The position numbers and the translations under genes are program-made. Positions 49,321 through 62,315 of a stretch of DNA of 64,000 nt are shown one piece after another. The notes under the pieces were generated by a model, which saw only the letters and a list, made by a program, of their open reading frames with translations, made no database searches and was not told where the DNA came from. Origin of the DNA: Hemiscyllium ocellatum (taxonomy: Eukaryota); contig NC_083409.1 of assembly GCF_020745735.1 (NCBI RefSeq), forward strand, positions 12,957,259-13,021,258. Direction: 5' to 3'. Every line of letters starts with the position of its first letter. The first letter of the stretch is position 1.

Positions 49321-52247
49321 CTGTTTCAGAGGTGGGGAACCTTTTCATGTTGGAAGGCCACATTACGTTAGTTGTAATCTAATAAAGCCTCATCCAAGAG
49401 ACTTCCATTGTATAAATGGTGATACTGTTAAACTGTGTAACTATTCTCAAATTTCACTTCAAATGGAAAGCCACGTGCACTGTTGTCATCAGTTTCTAAA
49501 CACTGGTGTACTGGATACACCCAGGCTCTCGCCAACCAGCCTCAGGCAGAAGTGGCTCCAGTCAGGCAGGGAAGATAACGTACATTCTAGAGTCGCATTA
49601 TAACTAAATCATGAGCATAGCAGGAGTCGAAATAGCCCTTATTACTTACCAATTTTTTAATTGTGGCGTTCAGTTTGTGAGGATTATTTTGCTGAATTTT
49701 CTTTTACTCTCTGGTATTTTAAATACATTCATGTTAAAATTAAATTAAAATAATAAAGGATGAAAAAAAAATTAAGAAAAAATAAAAGATTTGTTCTGCA
49801 AAATTTGGATTCATTCAAAAGGCCACACACAATGGCCTGGAAGGCCGCAGGTTCCCCACCCCTGCTCTGTTTATTCTATGTCTTATTATCTTTTGGTCAT
49901 TCATGACACAAGTATCACAAGCGTAGCAGCATGTATTACTCTTCATTGATAGTGTTTCATAATGTGGTGAGTTTTCAATTGCAGTCAGAGTGAACTTTGC
50001 AGATGTTTGACCCAGTGACAGTGAAGGAATGTCTTTATAATTCCAAGTTTCGGTGGTATACGGTTTGGAGGGGAGCTCCAATATACTTGTTATCTTTGCT
50101 TTCATAGGTGGAGGTCAGGAGTTTAGGTAGTGTTGAGACACAAGCCTTGATAGGTTCCTGAACTGCCAGCATTGTGCAACAGTGACTGAGGAATATTAAA
50201 GGCTGTATATTGGGTGCCATTCACCCTGGCTACATTGTCCTTGATTTCAACTTCTTGAAATGTTTTTTGTAATAATTCCTGTTTTTCTGCAGGCAATACA
50301 TCTCAAGAACAATCACATTTGTTTCAACAAAATGTAGTAGACAATATATTCTGGTCCAAGGAAGGATTGGACTTCTTGGCAATGATCTGAATTTGTATCT
50401 GGAATTGTAATGGATTCGTTTTTTAAGAATATTGTGTGTTTTACTTTTGTTGTGGAAGTTTTCAGCAACTGCACTGCACATTATCAAAATGTGAGCAGAG
50501 TTTTCAGAGCAGATTGTAGGATGTGGGTTGGACTGAAGCTTTCTCAGTGAGAGGAAAGTATTAATAGAAAAAATATTTTTTTCAGTTTTCAACCCAACAG
50601 GGGAAAACCTCAAAGAAGGGCTATGTAATTGGAAGAGTATTGAGTTGTCAGTGTGACAGAGGGATTTACTGTACTCAGTGCCTTCTTCCCCAAGCTGCAT
50701 TCATCCCGACATCCTGATGTGTAAACAAAACAGAAATTTCTTAAAATCTAGCAGGTCTGGCAGCATCTGTGGAGAGAAAGCAGAGTTAATCCCTTCTGAA
50801 GCATCCTGACTTGTACCTTTTGCATCAGACTTCGCCGAGTCAGGAGGTAAATTACTTCACGCAGAGTTTCCAGCCTCTGATGTTATCCTGTAAACCTTGT
50901 TTATTTGGCTAATCCAGTTCCATTTCTGGTAAATGGTGACATCCTCCAGGATAGTGTTAGTGGGATTCAATGATGGTAATGTCGTGAATGATGAGGGGAG
51001 ATGACTGGATCCTATGTTTTGGTCATTGTCTGGCACTGTTTGTCACCAATGTTATTTCCAACCTATCAGCCCAAGACTTCTTGAATGTTGTTCAGGTTTT
51101 ACTGATAGTGACTCGGAATACAGCTGAGGAATTATGAATGGGATTCAACAGTGTGAGTCATGAAGCATCCTCATTTCTGACCTTACGGAGAAAAGGACTC
51201 TGAAGATGATTGGATCTTGGACAATGCCCTGGGACTGAGGTGTTTGAACCTGCAACAAACACAACTATTTCCTAATTCCATTGGCTTCAATTTTTCTAAC
51301 ACTCCTTGATACAATACTTCATCAAAAGCTCCCTTAATGTCAGTCCAATTATTGGATGTAATGAGGATTGGAGCTGAATGGTCCTGACAGAAGCCAAACT
51401 GGGCAACAGTCAGCGTTTTATTGGGGAATGTATTTCTTCATTGCATTGTTAATGTTGACCAACCATTTTGCTGAAGATTAAGCAGAGACAGATGGAGCAA
51501 CGTTTGAATAGTTTGGACATTCCTCCATTTTGAGGGCAGGATTTACCTGGGTAAATTTACACATTGTTAGTAGTTGTCAGTGTTGTTGCTGCATTTAAAC
51601 ATATTGCCAAGAGATATGACTAGTTCTGGAGCACAAACCACCAATCGTATAGTTAATATGTTTTCAAGCCTTATTGCAATTGTTGTGTCCTCTTATCCCT
51701 TCATAAGTATCAGAGAAGGATGGAGTTAAGTGGTTATTTTCCCATTGGTTTTGGTACTACCTGCTGCAGATCAAGTCTACCAAATTTGCCCTTTAGGATT
51801 GCACCAACCTGGCCATTAGTGCTGCTATGAATGTATATTTGGTGATGAAAATTGAAGTCATGCACTTAGAGTACATTCTGAGCCCTTGCCACCCTCACTA
51901 CTTCCTCAAAGTGGCGTTCAACATGGAATACTGATTCACCAGTTAGGGGGTGGCGGGAATCAGCAGGAAGTTGTCCATGGTTGACCAGATGCCCTCAGAC
52001 CTGAAGTCAATATTGAAGTCTCCCAGAGCAACTCACTCCCAATTGTATGATACTGCCACTACCTCTGCTGAGTCTATCCTGCTAAGGAGGAGTGTGCAAC
52101 ATTGGCTGTAAATTGGGTGTGACTATGTCAGGCTGAAACTTGAGTGTTCTGTGGGGCAATTAGACACAATCCCTGACTATGAGTAAGGAGAACTTTGCAG
52201 AGTCGTCTGGGCTGGATATATTGCTGTTATTTCTGGTTCCTTGATTG

Positions 52248-52546
52248 TTATTAGATTGCTTACAGTATGGAAACAGGCCCTTCGGCCCAACAAGTCCACA
52301 CCGACCTGCCGAAGCGTACCCCTACATTTACCCCTTACCTAACACTACGGGCAAATTAGCATGGCCAAATCACCTGACCCGCTCATCTTTGGACTGTAGG
52401 AGTAAACCAGAGCAGCCGGAGGAAACCCACGCAGACACGGGGAGAACGTGCAAACTCCACACAGTCAGTCGCCTGAGTCGGGAATTGAACCCGGGTCTCA
52501 GGCGCTGTGAGGCAGCAGTGCTAACTGCTGTGCCACCGTGCCGCCC
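52248..52546 (-). mobile_element. HE1-type SINE, full length
   Basis: Near mirror image of the 45933 copy; ends in ...gtgccaccgtgccgccc. Confidence 0.9.
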
Positions 52547-53470
52547 ACGTACCCTTAGCAGGATAGGGTCAGCAGAGGTAGTGGCAGTATCATACAATTG
52601 GGAGTGAGTTGCTCTGGGAGACTTCAATATTGACTTCAGATTCCATAAAGTCTGAGGGCATCAGGTTATCACATGGTGTGTTTGGTTTTATTATTTACCT
52701 TCCCCAGCAGTTTATGGAAGAACTAGGTGGCTTACTTGGCTACTTCAGACTGAAGAGCCAACCATGTTGCTGTGGGCTTGGAGACATATGGAGACCAGAA
52801 CGGGTGGGGAAGACAGGTGTTCTTACATAAGGGATGGCAGAGTTTTCAAAGTGGTGACCCTGGGAAAGTGTCTGGTATTGCCAGGGGCATATGGGTGTTT
52901 TTAGTATTCATGGGACACCTTTTGAAAAATTTATTATTTCCTGTCTGTTTTCTGGAATGTTTTCAGTGTTGCTGGGGTGTCAGCATTTTAAAAATGTCCC
53001 TGAGAATGTGTTGGTATTTGGTATTTACATGGGCTCTCATGGAGGGTTTCAGCATTTATTGAGGCTCCCTGGCAGCGTGCTTTTAGAATCTTCATCCATG
53101 TATTTGAATGTTTATTCAAATAGATGGGAATAACTATTTGTAAAAATGGAATCATAGCAGATGAAAGAAATTTAAAATTCTCCATGACATTTTTCATTTT
53201 CCCAAACTAGATTTGTTCACTTTGCATTGAATCAACACTCTTGTGTAAATTAGATCAAGATTCTTTTAAGCGATGTTTATTTCAGATATTTCTGGAAGTT
53301 TCCAAAGATGTCATCTTTGTTCCTAGACTTGAGTAAGGGTTGTGGTTTTTGTCCTAGCACCTAGTAGAATTTATGATAGTGGAGGTGCTGGTGTTGCACT
53401 GGGGTGGACAAAGTTAAAAATCACACAACACCAGGTTGGAGTCCAGCAGGTTTACTTGGAAGTACTGTAC

Positions 53471-53499
53471 TAGCTTTCAGAGTGCTGCTCCTTCATCAG
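53471..53499 (-). ncRNA. Minimal hammerhead ribozyme core
   Basis: The - strand reads CUGAUGA-A-GGAG-CAGCA-CUCU-GAAA-GC-UA, with a palindromic AGCU in stem III. Confidence 0.55.
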
Positions 53500-53556
53500 G
53501 TGGTTGTCAAGCAGGATCATAAAACAAAGGATCTTATGATCCTGGTCCACAGCTAC

Positions 53557-53585
53557 CTGATGAAGGAGCAGCACTCTGAAAACTA
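53557..53585 (+). ncRNA. Minimal hammerhead ribozyme core (stem III palindrome broken)
   Basis: CUGAUGA-A-GGAG-CAGCA-CUCU-GAAA-AC-UA. Confidence 0.45.
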
Positions 53586-54776
53586 GTGCTTCCAAATAAA
53601 CCTTTTGGACTATAACCTGGTGTTGTATGTTTTTTAACTCTGTAGAATTTCAGCAATGTTTGGAGAGGAGTATCTTTTGGTTGTAGTGTACTGATGGTGT
53701 TTCGCCTCTGGTTTTCTTCAGTTTCTTCCTGTCAACTGATGTAAATTTCAGTCTCAGCAGTCTACTGGTTTCCTCATTCTGTTGCAGTATTTAGAGTTCT
53801 CAGACATGTGCAGTTTTGGCGCGGTTTCACTTAACAGGCAGTCATCCCGATAACATGAGCCACCTTTTTGAACAGCAGTGGGCCTTGTAATGGTGGTAGG
53901 TGATTTGAGATTAAATAGAGCTACCAGTGATGAAGGAGCAAGTCAGAGAGCGTGTGTGGAGGTGATGTGCCTAAGGTGCTGACTCATTTGTAGTGTCAGA
54001 AGTATCTTTGAAGTTTTCAAGTTGGCAGGGTTAGTATTTGAAAATGTCAGACTGTATCTGAACTCAGAAGTATCTAGAAAATGAAATGTGCCATCATAAC
54101 CTTTTTAATGTAGAAAGATGATTATTCCTGTAAGGTGTTGACCCTGACCTCAATTTCTTTTTCTTGGAATGGAAATTTATTTTCTCAATTTTCTTCCCTG
54201 TTCTCCCTATTCTGACTGAGAATTTGGCCAAGTAATCACTTTCTTTTTCTGAGCCTTTATCATGTGTTGCCGGGCAAATTAGAGAAGGAATCAGAGGGCT
54301 GATCCGTCCCACATGAGTGCACTTGGCAAAGGGGAATCACTGGATGGATTTTCTTCCCTTTTCTGCCGAAGTTGAAGCCGTTCCCTACAGCTTGGAGACT
54401 GATCAGTTGCAGAACACTTCAGCTCGGTGGTGTGTAACAATATCACAGTGTTGTGTGTAATCGTATAACAGGGCCTGTGTCTGTTGTCTGGTATTGATCT
54501 ATGCAACTTCAGAAAAGAAAAGAAAACTTGTTTTAAATGGCACCGTTTACAATCATGGAAATTTCTTTATGTGACTTACAACCAGTGAACACTTTGTAGT
54601 TTATGAAATAGCAAATACAAAATACAATTTGAGCATATTAGGTTCATCAAAATAGCAAATTGTTGAATAGGATAGTCTGTTGAAATAAACATTGACCAGA
54701 ATGCTGAGGTCTTCTGCATCCGTCTCATCTGAAGGACACCATCAGTAAAATAGTGCAGTACACCCTCAGTACAGTA

Positions 54777-54996
54777 CAGGTCATTCTGCTATAACTTGTA
54801 TTTCGTTAACACAAATTTGCTATAACACGATCGACAAATTGGGGACATTGTTTCTAAAGCACGAACTCTGAAAACGTGTGTTGGCTGTAACCTGATTACA
54901 TCGCGAAGACTTTAAGTGCTGTTTCTAAAATGTGATTTTCCGACATCATGGGGGTTGGACAGCAATGCAACCATTATGTTATAGAAGAACTACCTG
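54777..54996. mobile_element. Tc1/mariner-type (Tigger/pogo-like) MITE
   Basis: Imperfect 19-bp TIRs caggtcattctgctataac and gttatagaagaactacctg; TA on the left flank. Confidence 0.65.
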
Positions 54997-55394
54997 GAGT
55001 GAAATGTCTGCCTGAGAGATCTGCTCAAATCTCTGGTGGGATTTGAACCCACAATCTGCTGTCTCAGGCTACACAACTGCTATCTGGTCAGTGACGGACC
55101 TTTCCTGCTCTTAAAATAAGTGGCACAGTTGTGATGAAATACCCTTTTGGTGTGGTGTGCACATTATATCATATTGCTCCCATTCTGATCCTCTTTATTT
55201 GTCTAAATCAATAGAGAACCAACTAATTTCCTGAATTATCAACCCTTCCACATATTCTCATGTCAATAACTTTTATTCATTGCCCTGAAGGCCTCAATTG
55301 ATAGAGAACAGCGAAAGACCAAGCAGATGATCAGACTTTATTGTTTAAAATATTAAATCTCTTTGATTTATAGGATATTTGATTAATCTACATG

Positions 55395-55554
55395 CAGAAG
55401 AGCCTCGATTATCTGGCATTCGATTATCTGAATTTCGGATCATCCAAAGTAGATCGTAAGATCCCGATGCTTGGCTAAACTGTATTACCCAGCATTCAAT
55501 TATCCAAACAAAACACTCCTTACCCATGTCGCTCGGGTAATCGAGGTTCCTCTG
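55395..55554. mobile_element. Tc1/mariner-type MITE
   Basis: TIRs cagaagagcctcgattatc and ggtaatcgaggttcctctg; TA on the right flank. Confidence 0.7.
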
Positions 55555-57505
55555 TAAATTGTTCCATTGTTTTAATGTTGTGCTTCCTTGTGAATCTACA
55601 TTATTACCTGAAAAGCACATGGCTGTTCTGGGTTGTGTTTAATTGTTTGCAGTGAACAGTACGTTCACAACAACATCAAGTGTCCCAAACTAATCGTCAT
55701 CAAATTGATTTACCTTTCTCCCTCAGTTATTTTTTTAAAAATTGGAACTATCATTAAACCTTCAGAGTAGTCACAGCATATAACCGTGTGTCAGCTCTTT
55801 TCCAGTTCCTGATGAGAAACATCTCTGCCATGACACAAGCCAACCTCTAACTTTACAGTCACTTTCAAATAAATGTTTGTTCGAACCATTCTTTGTTTCT
55901 GTATCAAAGGCATTTGCTGTAACAGGCAATAATATTTGAAGAGCTCATTTATCCACCATTTTCCAAGGGTGGGTTGTGGAGGCTTTCCTTGGCTAATTCT
56001 CTTTATTTTCACCATATAAGGGAAGTTGACCTGCCAGACACAAATTGGGCATTTGTGTCTGAGCATAAGTTGGACTTTCTCTGCAGATTGCAGCTGCAGT
56101 AACATATCCCTATTGTGACCTTTTACCACCTGCTGTAGTTGCTTTATCAAACTCCCTGTTTGGTTATGTATATCTCATGTTCGGAAAAGATTTCCATGCT
56201 GTGGCTGTCTGTGACTATTGGACTCTTTGTGACACTCTGTGACAATCTATTTCTCTCTGTGACTCTCTGTGACTCTGTCTCAATCAGAATGACAAATGTT
56301 ACAATGTATTTATTGCACATTTCTGATAAATAATTTGTCTTGTGGAAAGGGAAGATGCATTTAACGTGAGGTGAACTGATAGAGTTGTGAAAAGAGGTCT
56401 GTAATGTAAGAAAAAAAATGTCAATCACGGTTTAATTTTACTAATGTCAGTAAATGACTATTAACCATTAATTTACAGAAATGGAACATTTACATTGCGA
56501 GAAGGAAGAGAGACGAGATAATGTAGGGACCAGGAAATGGGACTTGGCCAGATTAGCAGTTGTTTAATGAATGGTAGAGTCTCAGAAAAACAACCAAATA
56601 TTTGCAGGGGCAAATATTTGGCCAAAGGACTGTTATAAAGAAAGAAATACTTACATCTAAATAGTGAGTTTTGTGGTTCTGGGGCATCTCAAAATAGCTC
56701 TCTGCCAATGAAGTACTTTTTGAATTTTGATCACTGATTCAAGGGAGGTATTGTGATGTCATAGTTCCAATTGTTCTGCCATAATAGCCACTTGGTGATC
56801 ATGATAATCTGGATAATCAGATTCCCAGCAAAAACTTGGTTGAATATACAGCACAGACACCAAAAGAGCTGCTGGAAATCTGAAACAAAAACAGAAATTG
56901 CTAGAAAAGCTCAGCAGGTCTGGCAGCATCTTTGGATAGAAATCCGTGAACATTTCTGATTCAGTGACCTTTGTGGTTATGGGACATCTCAAAATGGCTC
57001 TCTGTGAATGAGGTATTTTTTGAATTCTGGTCATTGTTCCAAGGTAGGTATTATGATGCCATGGCTCAAATTGTTATGGCAAAACAACCGGGGAACAAGG
57101 ACTTGGGCTTCTGTTGATGGTTACTGACATTATTTGATTTTGGTTCTGGTGTATACACATACAGATGCTCCTAGTTTGAACCTACTACTTACTACTTGCA
57201 CATTCTTCACTGAAGCTACATTATCTCTCAGGACTGGAGAACATCCCACACTGGTGAAGGATTTGATGCTCGATGTTGGTATACCAAGCAGAATTCAATT
57301 GTTTATACAAAATGTTGTATTTTATTATCATTAAATAATGTCTACTTAATTTTACTTTTTTTGACCAAATGTCGTAATGCAAATAAACATTGAAAATCCA
57401 AATCCAAAATAAATATTTGAGTTTCTGATTGCAAGCTTGTAATGTAATCTAAGCTGAATCTGAAAATCTGTGTTGTTGATTATCTTTGCTTTGCTTTTGT
57501 TTTAG

Positions 57506-57592
57506 GTGAGCTGACAAGTTGTGGAGTAGAACATCTAACAAGTCAGTCCTACTAAATCAGAGACTGAAAAAGAGTCGAAGTACGAGACAAAG
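57506..57592 (+). pseudogene. CEP350: CEP350 start-codon exon homolog, copy 1 (TTG at the start position; one extra base)
   Basis: Strong acceptor, 13-nt UTR, then TTG-WSRTSNKSVLLNQRLKKSRSTRQ and a GT donor. 74 coding-equivalent nt, so phase 2. Confidence 0.5.
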
Positions 57593-58582
57593 GTACAGTG
57601 GTGCTGATTTGCAAACTACTCCAGTTAGTTGTAGTGCCTTCAATCACTGTTGTGGTGACTATTGGGTTCAGTCATCAATACTGTGTGGCAGATTAGAGAT
57701 AATTTGATCCTATCGCCAAAGGACCGTTATAAAGAAAGAAATATTTACATTTAAATTTGTGGTTATGGGACATCTCAAAATGGCTCTCTGCCAATGAAGT
57801 ATTTTTTGAATTCTGGTCATTGTTACAAGGAAGGTATTATGATGTCGTGGCTCCGATTGTTATGACATAATAACCAGTTGGTGTTAGTACTGGATAATCA
57901 GATCCCCAGCAAAACCTTGATTGAATATACAGCACAAAAACCAAAAAAACTGCTGGAAATCTGAAACAAAAAAAAAATTGCTGGAAAGCTCAGTAGGTCT
58001 GGCAGCATCTGTGGAGAGAAATCCTTTAACATTTCTGGTTCAGTGATCTTTGTTATTATGGGACAACACAAAATGGATCTCTGCGAGTGAGGTATTTTTT
58101 GAATTCTGGTCATTGTTCCAAAGGAAGTATTATGATGTTGCGTGTTGTGGCTCCAATTGTTATGTAATAAAAGCCAGGAGAACACGGGCTTGGGCTTCTG
58201 TTGATGCTTACTGACATTATTTGATTGTGGTTCTGGTGTATATACACACAGATGCTCTAGTTTGAACTTACTACTTAATTCTTTTACATTCCTCACTGAA
58301 GCTAATTTATCGCTCAGGACTGGAGAACGTCCCACACTGGTGAAGGATTTGATTGTGCTGTAAGGCTCAACATTGGTATACAAACCAGATTTCAATTGTT
58401 TATACAAAATGTTGTATTTCATTATCATTAAATAATGTCAACTTAATATTATTGGTTTTGACCAAATTGAAAATCCAAATCCAAAATAAGTATTCAAGTT
58501 TCTGATTGCAAGCTTGTAATGAAATCTAATCTGAATCTGAAAATCTGTGTTGTTGATTATCTTTGCTTTGCTTTTGTTTTAG

Positions 58583-58668
58583 GTGAGCTGACAAGTTGTG
58601 GAGTCAAACATCTAACAAGTCAGTCCTACTAAATCAGAGACTGATAAAGATTCAAAATACGAGGCAAG
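58583..58668 (+). pseudogene. CEP350: CEP350 start-codon exon homolog, copy 2 (TTG at the start position)
   Basis: 86-nt exon: 13-nt UTR + 24 codons + G (phase 1). This matches the layout I recall for human MRSSKSKEVPLPNPRNSQSKDTVQ|A. Confidence 0.55.
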
Positions 58669-60330
58669 GTACAGTGGTGCTGATTTGCAAACCATTCCAG
58701 TTAGTTGTAGTGCCTTCAATCACTGTTGTGGTGACTATTGGGTTGAGTCATCAATGCTGTGTGGCGGATTAGAGATCATTTGATCCTAAGGCCAATGGAC
58801 TGTCATAGAGAAAGAAATATTTACAATTAAATCAGGAATTTTGTGGTTATGGGACATCTCAAAATGGCTCTCTGCCAATGAAGTATTTTTTGAATTCTGG
58901 TCATTGTTACAAGGAAGGTATTATGATGTCGGGCTCTGATTGTTATGACATAATAACCAGTTGGTGTTAGTACTGGATAATCAGATCCCCAGCAAAACCT
59001 TGATTGAATATACAGCACAAAAACCAAAAGAACTGCTGGAAATCTGAAACAAAAAAAAAATTGCTGGAAATGGTCAGAAGGTCTGGCAGCATCTGTGGAG
59101 AGAAATCCGTAATCATTTCTGGTTCAGCGATCCTTCCTCTGAACACTGCAACAATAACTCTTATTTCTCTCCATGTTGTGAGGAAGAGTCACTGCACCTG
59201 AAATGTTAACTGATTTCTCTCTACAGATGCTGCCAGACCTACTAAGCCTTTCCCGCCATGTCTGTTTGAAGATACAGTAAATGTTTTATTAACTGTCACC
59301 AATGGGACCAGGAGCGCTGGTTGATCAAATATTCCAGTGTCAAACAGACTGACATAATCAATGCTTAGTAATAGAAACCTAATGCAGGGGTATACACATC
59401 ACTTTATTTGTCGTATATCTCACTGAAACAAGCATGCACATTTGCCTTAAATAAAACTTAATGGCAGAGTGCCTTCTCACTTGCAGCCTCAACTGACTAC
59501 TCTGACACCATGAAAATGCGGTGACCTTCGAGTATTTCAGGTGTATAATTTTTGTTGGTTTATTAAGAGCAACAGTTCATAAAGTGCCAGTTAAAATAAC
59601 ATTTGCTGTCCCATGATTGTTTTTGGCTGCCTGGTTGAATTACTAGCACATATTGCAGTTCACCATCTACATTGCACAATTCAGTAGTGTGATGGAATAC
59701 TTTCAACTTGCCTGGATGAGTGCAGATCTGGTAATACTGAAGAAGCTTGACACTATTTGGGACAGAACAGCTGAGGGCTAACACCACATGCACAAACCTG
59801 CACTTCCTCCACCTTCAACACTCAGCACCAATCTGTACCATTTGCTTAATACACTTACAGAAGCTCTCTAAGACTGACAGGGTGGCACCTACCAAAACCA
59901 TTCCAAAACTTTAATTCCATGCTGTACATTTCTACACATTCTATCTTCTGCATCATCGCCCTGCTCGCTTATCACCCTCTTGTTACTTAATTTCATTCTC
60001 TGCCTTAACCCAGTCCTTCAGTTTCAAAGTCCCTATGGACAGATTTGTTTGTGGCTCCCGTTTACTTTTCCAACTCTTTTCTGCCCTGCCCCCCTCCATA
60101 TCTCAGGTCATTCTGTCTGCTGAACATTTTAGCTCCATACTTCCCAGTCTCACCCTGACATTTCCTGCTTCTTAGCTTCCAGTTTCCCTCAAAATATATG
60201 TTTGACACCCTGCATGTTTTCTAGTTCCCCTTTGATTCCTGCCTGGCTCTATCCTAAGAGTTTTTACTGCAGGAAACATACTATTTTAACTTGCATTGTG
60301 TTTGATTCATTATTTTTCTTTCATCCCAAG

Positions 60331-60445
60331 TTGCGGCACATAGAAAACAGGCTTGAAGCTGTACCCACCACTACTGCAGTGACAGACACAGTGATGGATA
60401 CTAAGAAAGCTTTGAGCAGTGCTACTCGAAAAATTAGCGGACTGG
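60331..60445 (+). CDS. CEP350: CEP350 coding exon
   Basis: LRHIENRLEAVPTTTAVTDTVMDTKKALSSATRKISGL versus human LRHIENKLEVAPTSTAVCDSVMDTKKSSTSATRKISRK. AG/GTAAGT borders, phase 0 to phase 1. Confidence 0.92.
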
Positions 60446-60972
60446 GTAAGTGGAAGGAATACAAAATGAATTGTTCATGGTAATTAGATCAACAGTTACT
60501 CTTGACCTCATGCTGGCCATTGTTAATCAGATAAAAGTAATAACCCTGGTGAAATTAAGTTAAGTGGTCGAGGGTCATGCACTCACATTTTGCAGTGTTT
60601 TGAAAGCATTTGCAACAGAGACTGAGGCTATGGAATCTTTTCCTTCTCTCTAATTTATGGAGCTTCATTGGTAAGGCTTAGCAGGCAAAGTCAACCCTCC
60701 ATTCCCTTCCTGAAGTGGTCATCTCCCGCTTCCATCTGTGTCAACACCTGTTGCCCTTTGCAGATTCCCCCCAAATGTCTGGTTTATCACTTTGTGCTGG
60801 TCCACAGAATTTGAGGAGGTGGGCGAGAAGAATTAACTTAGCATCTATCTCTTCTATATTCTGACAGCAACAGTTTAAGAGAAACTTGTGCTTACTAACC
60901 AATCCCATTGATTGTGATAATGGAATGCATGCTCCTTTTTGACTTCTTAAACTTTGTTTCTGTTTCTATCAG

Positions 60973-61144
60973 ATGGAAGGTATCTGGAGGATTCTGTAGC
61001 CAGTGCTACATCTGTCAAGTCCAGTAGTCGCAGCAAATCACGGAAGGTCAACACCTCCCGCAGTCCCTTGCGATCTACCACCCTGGAAAGTAACATTATG
61101 AAGAGCAGTCGAGATGAATTCAGAGATCCATTAACTGCATATAG
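60973..61144 (+). CDS. CEP350: CEP350 coding exon
   Basis: DGRYLEDS...SRSPLRSTTLESNIMKSSRDEFRDPLTAYR versus human DGRYLDDS...SRSPLRATTLESNVKKNNRVEFREPLVSYR. In phase with the previous exon (G|AT); ends ag|GTATGA. Confidence 0.92.
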
Positions 61145-62139
61145 GTATGACCAGGCGTATGTACCTTCTGTCGGTCACTTTCTGTTATCAATTCCTGAAG
61201 CTGTGCATATATTAGAAACAACCAATACCTGCTTGACAGCTTATAGTTGCACTCTTCTGACACTCAAATCACAACAGAGTCAACAGTGGCAGGATAGATA
61301 CATAGAGGATCCCAGGCTTCAGAATGCTTGTTCTTTCACACGTAATCTCATCCGAGGGTGTAATTTTAAAGATCTTGCACGCAAACATTTTCTGTGCTTA
61401 TGACTTTTTACAGTGTGTTCCAACTTGTGTACAAATTGACTTGCAGATGCACTCTAGAACAGAAACCATTTGTAAACTGGGGTCTGCCAGTAACCTGAAA
61501 CATGGGCACAATTTCAAATATGGAATAATAATAATAAAACGTGGTTACAAGAATCCTTTGCCATGTAGCCCACCTTAGTTGATTCTATTTGGTTTTTATT
61601 CAATGCTCACTGCTCTGTGAAACCAACTATTAATGGAGATACGTTAGTGAAGCTCAGTCTTGTGCAGTATTTAGATCATCATCAGTTCATCAGAGCCATT
61701 AAGCTTTTATAAATTGGGACTGGAGTACAAAAATGAATGATGTTAAACCATCACAAATCACTGGTTAAGCTACAGTTAGAATGTTGTCCCCAGTATTGGG
61801 AACCCTAATTCAGGAAGGACTTCAAGGCTGTGCACAGGAACCAGAAAGTGTTAACTTGACATTCGCTGATTATAGTAATCAAGAGAGATTCGATAAATTG
61901 CTGATCATTTTGATTGAATAGTGGTTCAGAGGAGACCTCAAACCTGGTCAGGATGTTGGAAGAACTGCTTCTACCGGTGAAAGAGACAGTAAGTAGATGG
62001 AAAATACAAGGTGAAGTTATGGAAGTCACCAAATTAATAAAGTTACAGTTTCATTTCAAGGGGAGGCGATGGCCGAGTGGTATTAGTGCCACGTAAATAA
62101 TCCAGATACTCAGTACATTTTAGTAAGCCTACACTGGAT

Positions 62140-62315
62140 AGGTCAGGCAGCATCAAAGGAGCAGGAGAATTGACGTTTCGAGCATTAGCACTTCTTCAGG
62201 CTTATGCCCGAAACGTCGATTCTCCTGCTCCTTTGATGCTGCCTGACCTGCTGCACTTTTCCAGCAACACATTTTGCAGCTCTGATCTCCAGCATCTGAA
62301 GTCCTCACTTTCTCC
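62140..62315. repeat. Head-to-head Penelope terminal repeats (imperfect palindrome)
   Basis: aggtcaggcagcatcaaaggagcaggagaattgacgtttcg...cgaaacgtcgattctcctgctcctttgatgctgcctgacct. Confidence 0.85.

Larger units (their letters stand above)
53405..53640. repeat. Head-to-head pair of a second Penelope-type terminal repeat family
   Basis: acaaagttaaaaatcacacaacaccagg...tcatcagg, then about a 55-nt spacer, then cctgatga...cctggtgttgtatgttttttaactctgt. Confidence 0.8.
56627..59125 (+). repeat. Tandem array of ~1.08-kb units (56627, 57721, partial 58797) with an internal ~120-bp duplication
   Basis: Units begin ggac(t/c)gt(t/c)ata(a/g)agaaagaaata. The block ttgtggttatgggacatctcaaaatggctctctg recurs 5 times with variation. 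Confidence 0.92.

Noticed and set aside
54094-54506. Exon-like - strand segment with a polypyrimidine acceptor
   Set aside because: All frames are interrupted and no product is recognisable.
56627-59125. Repeat-spacer appearance suggestive of CRISPR
   Set aside because: The context is a vertebrate genome, and the units are kb-scale segmental repeats with no short repeat/unique spacer periodicity or cas genes.
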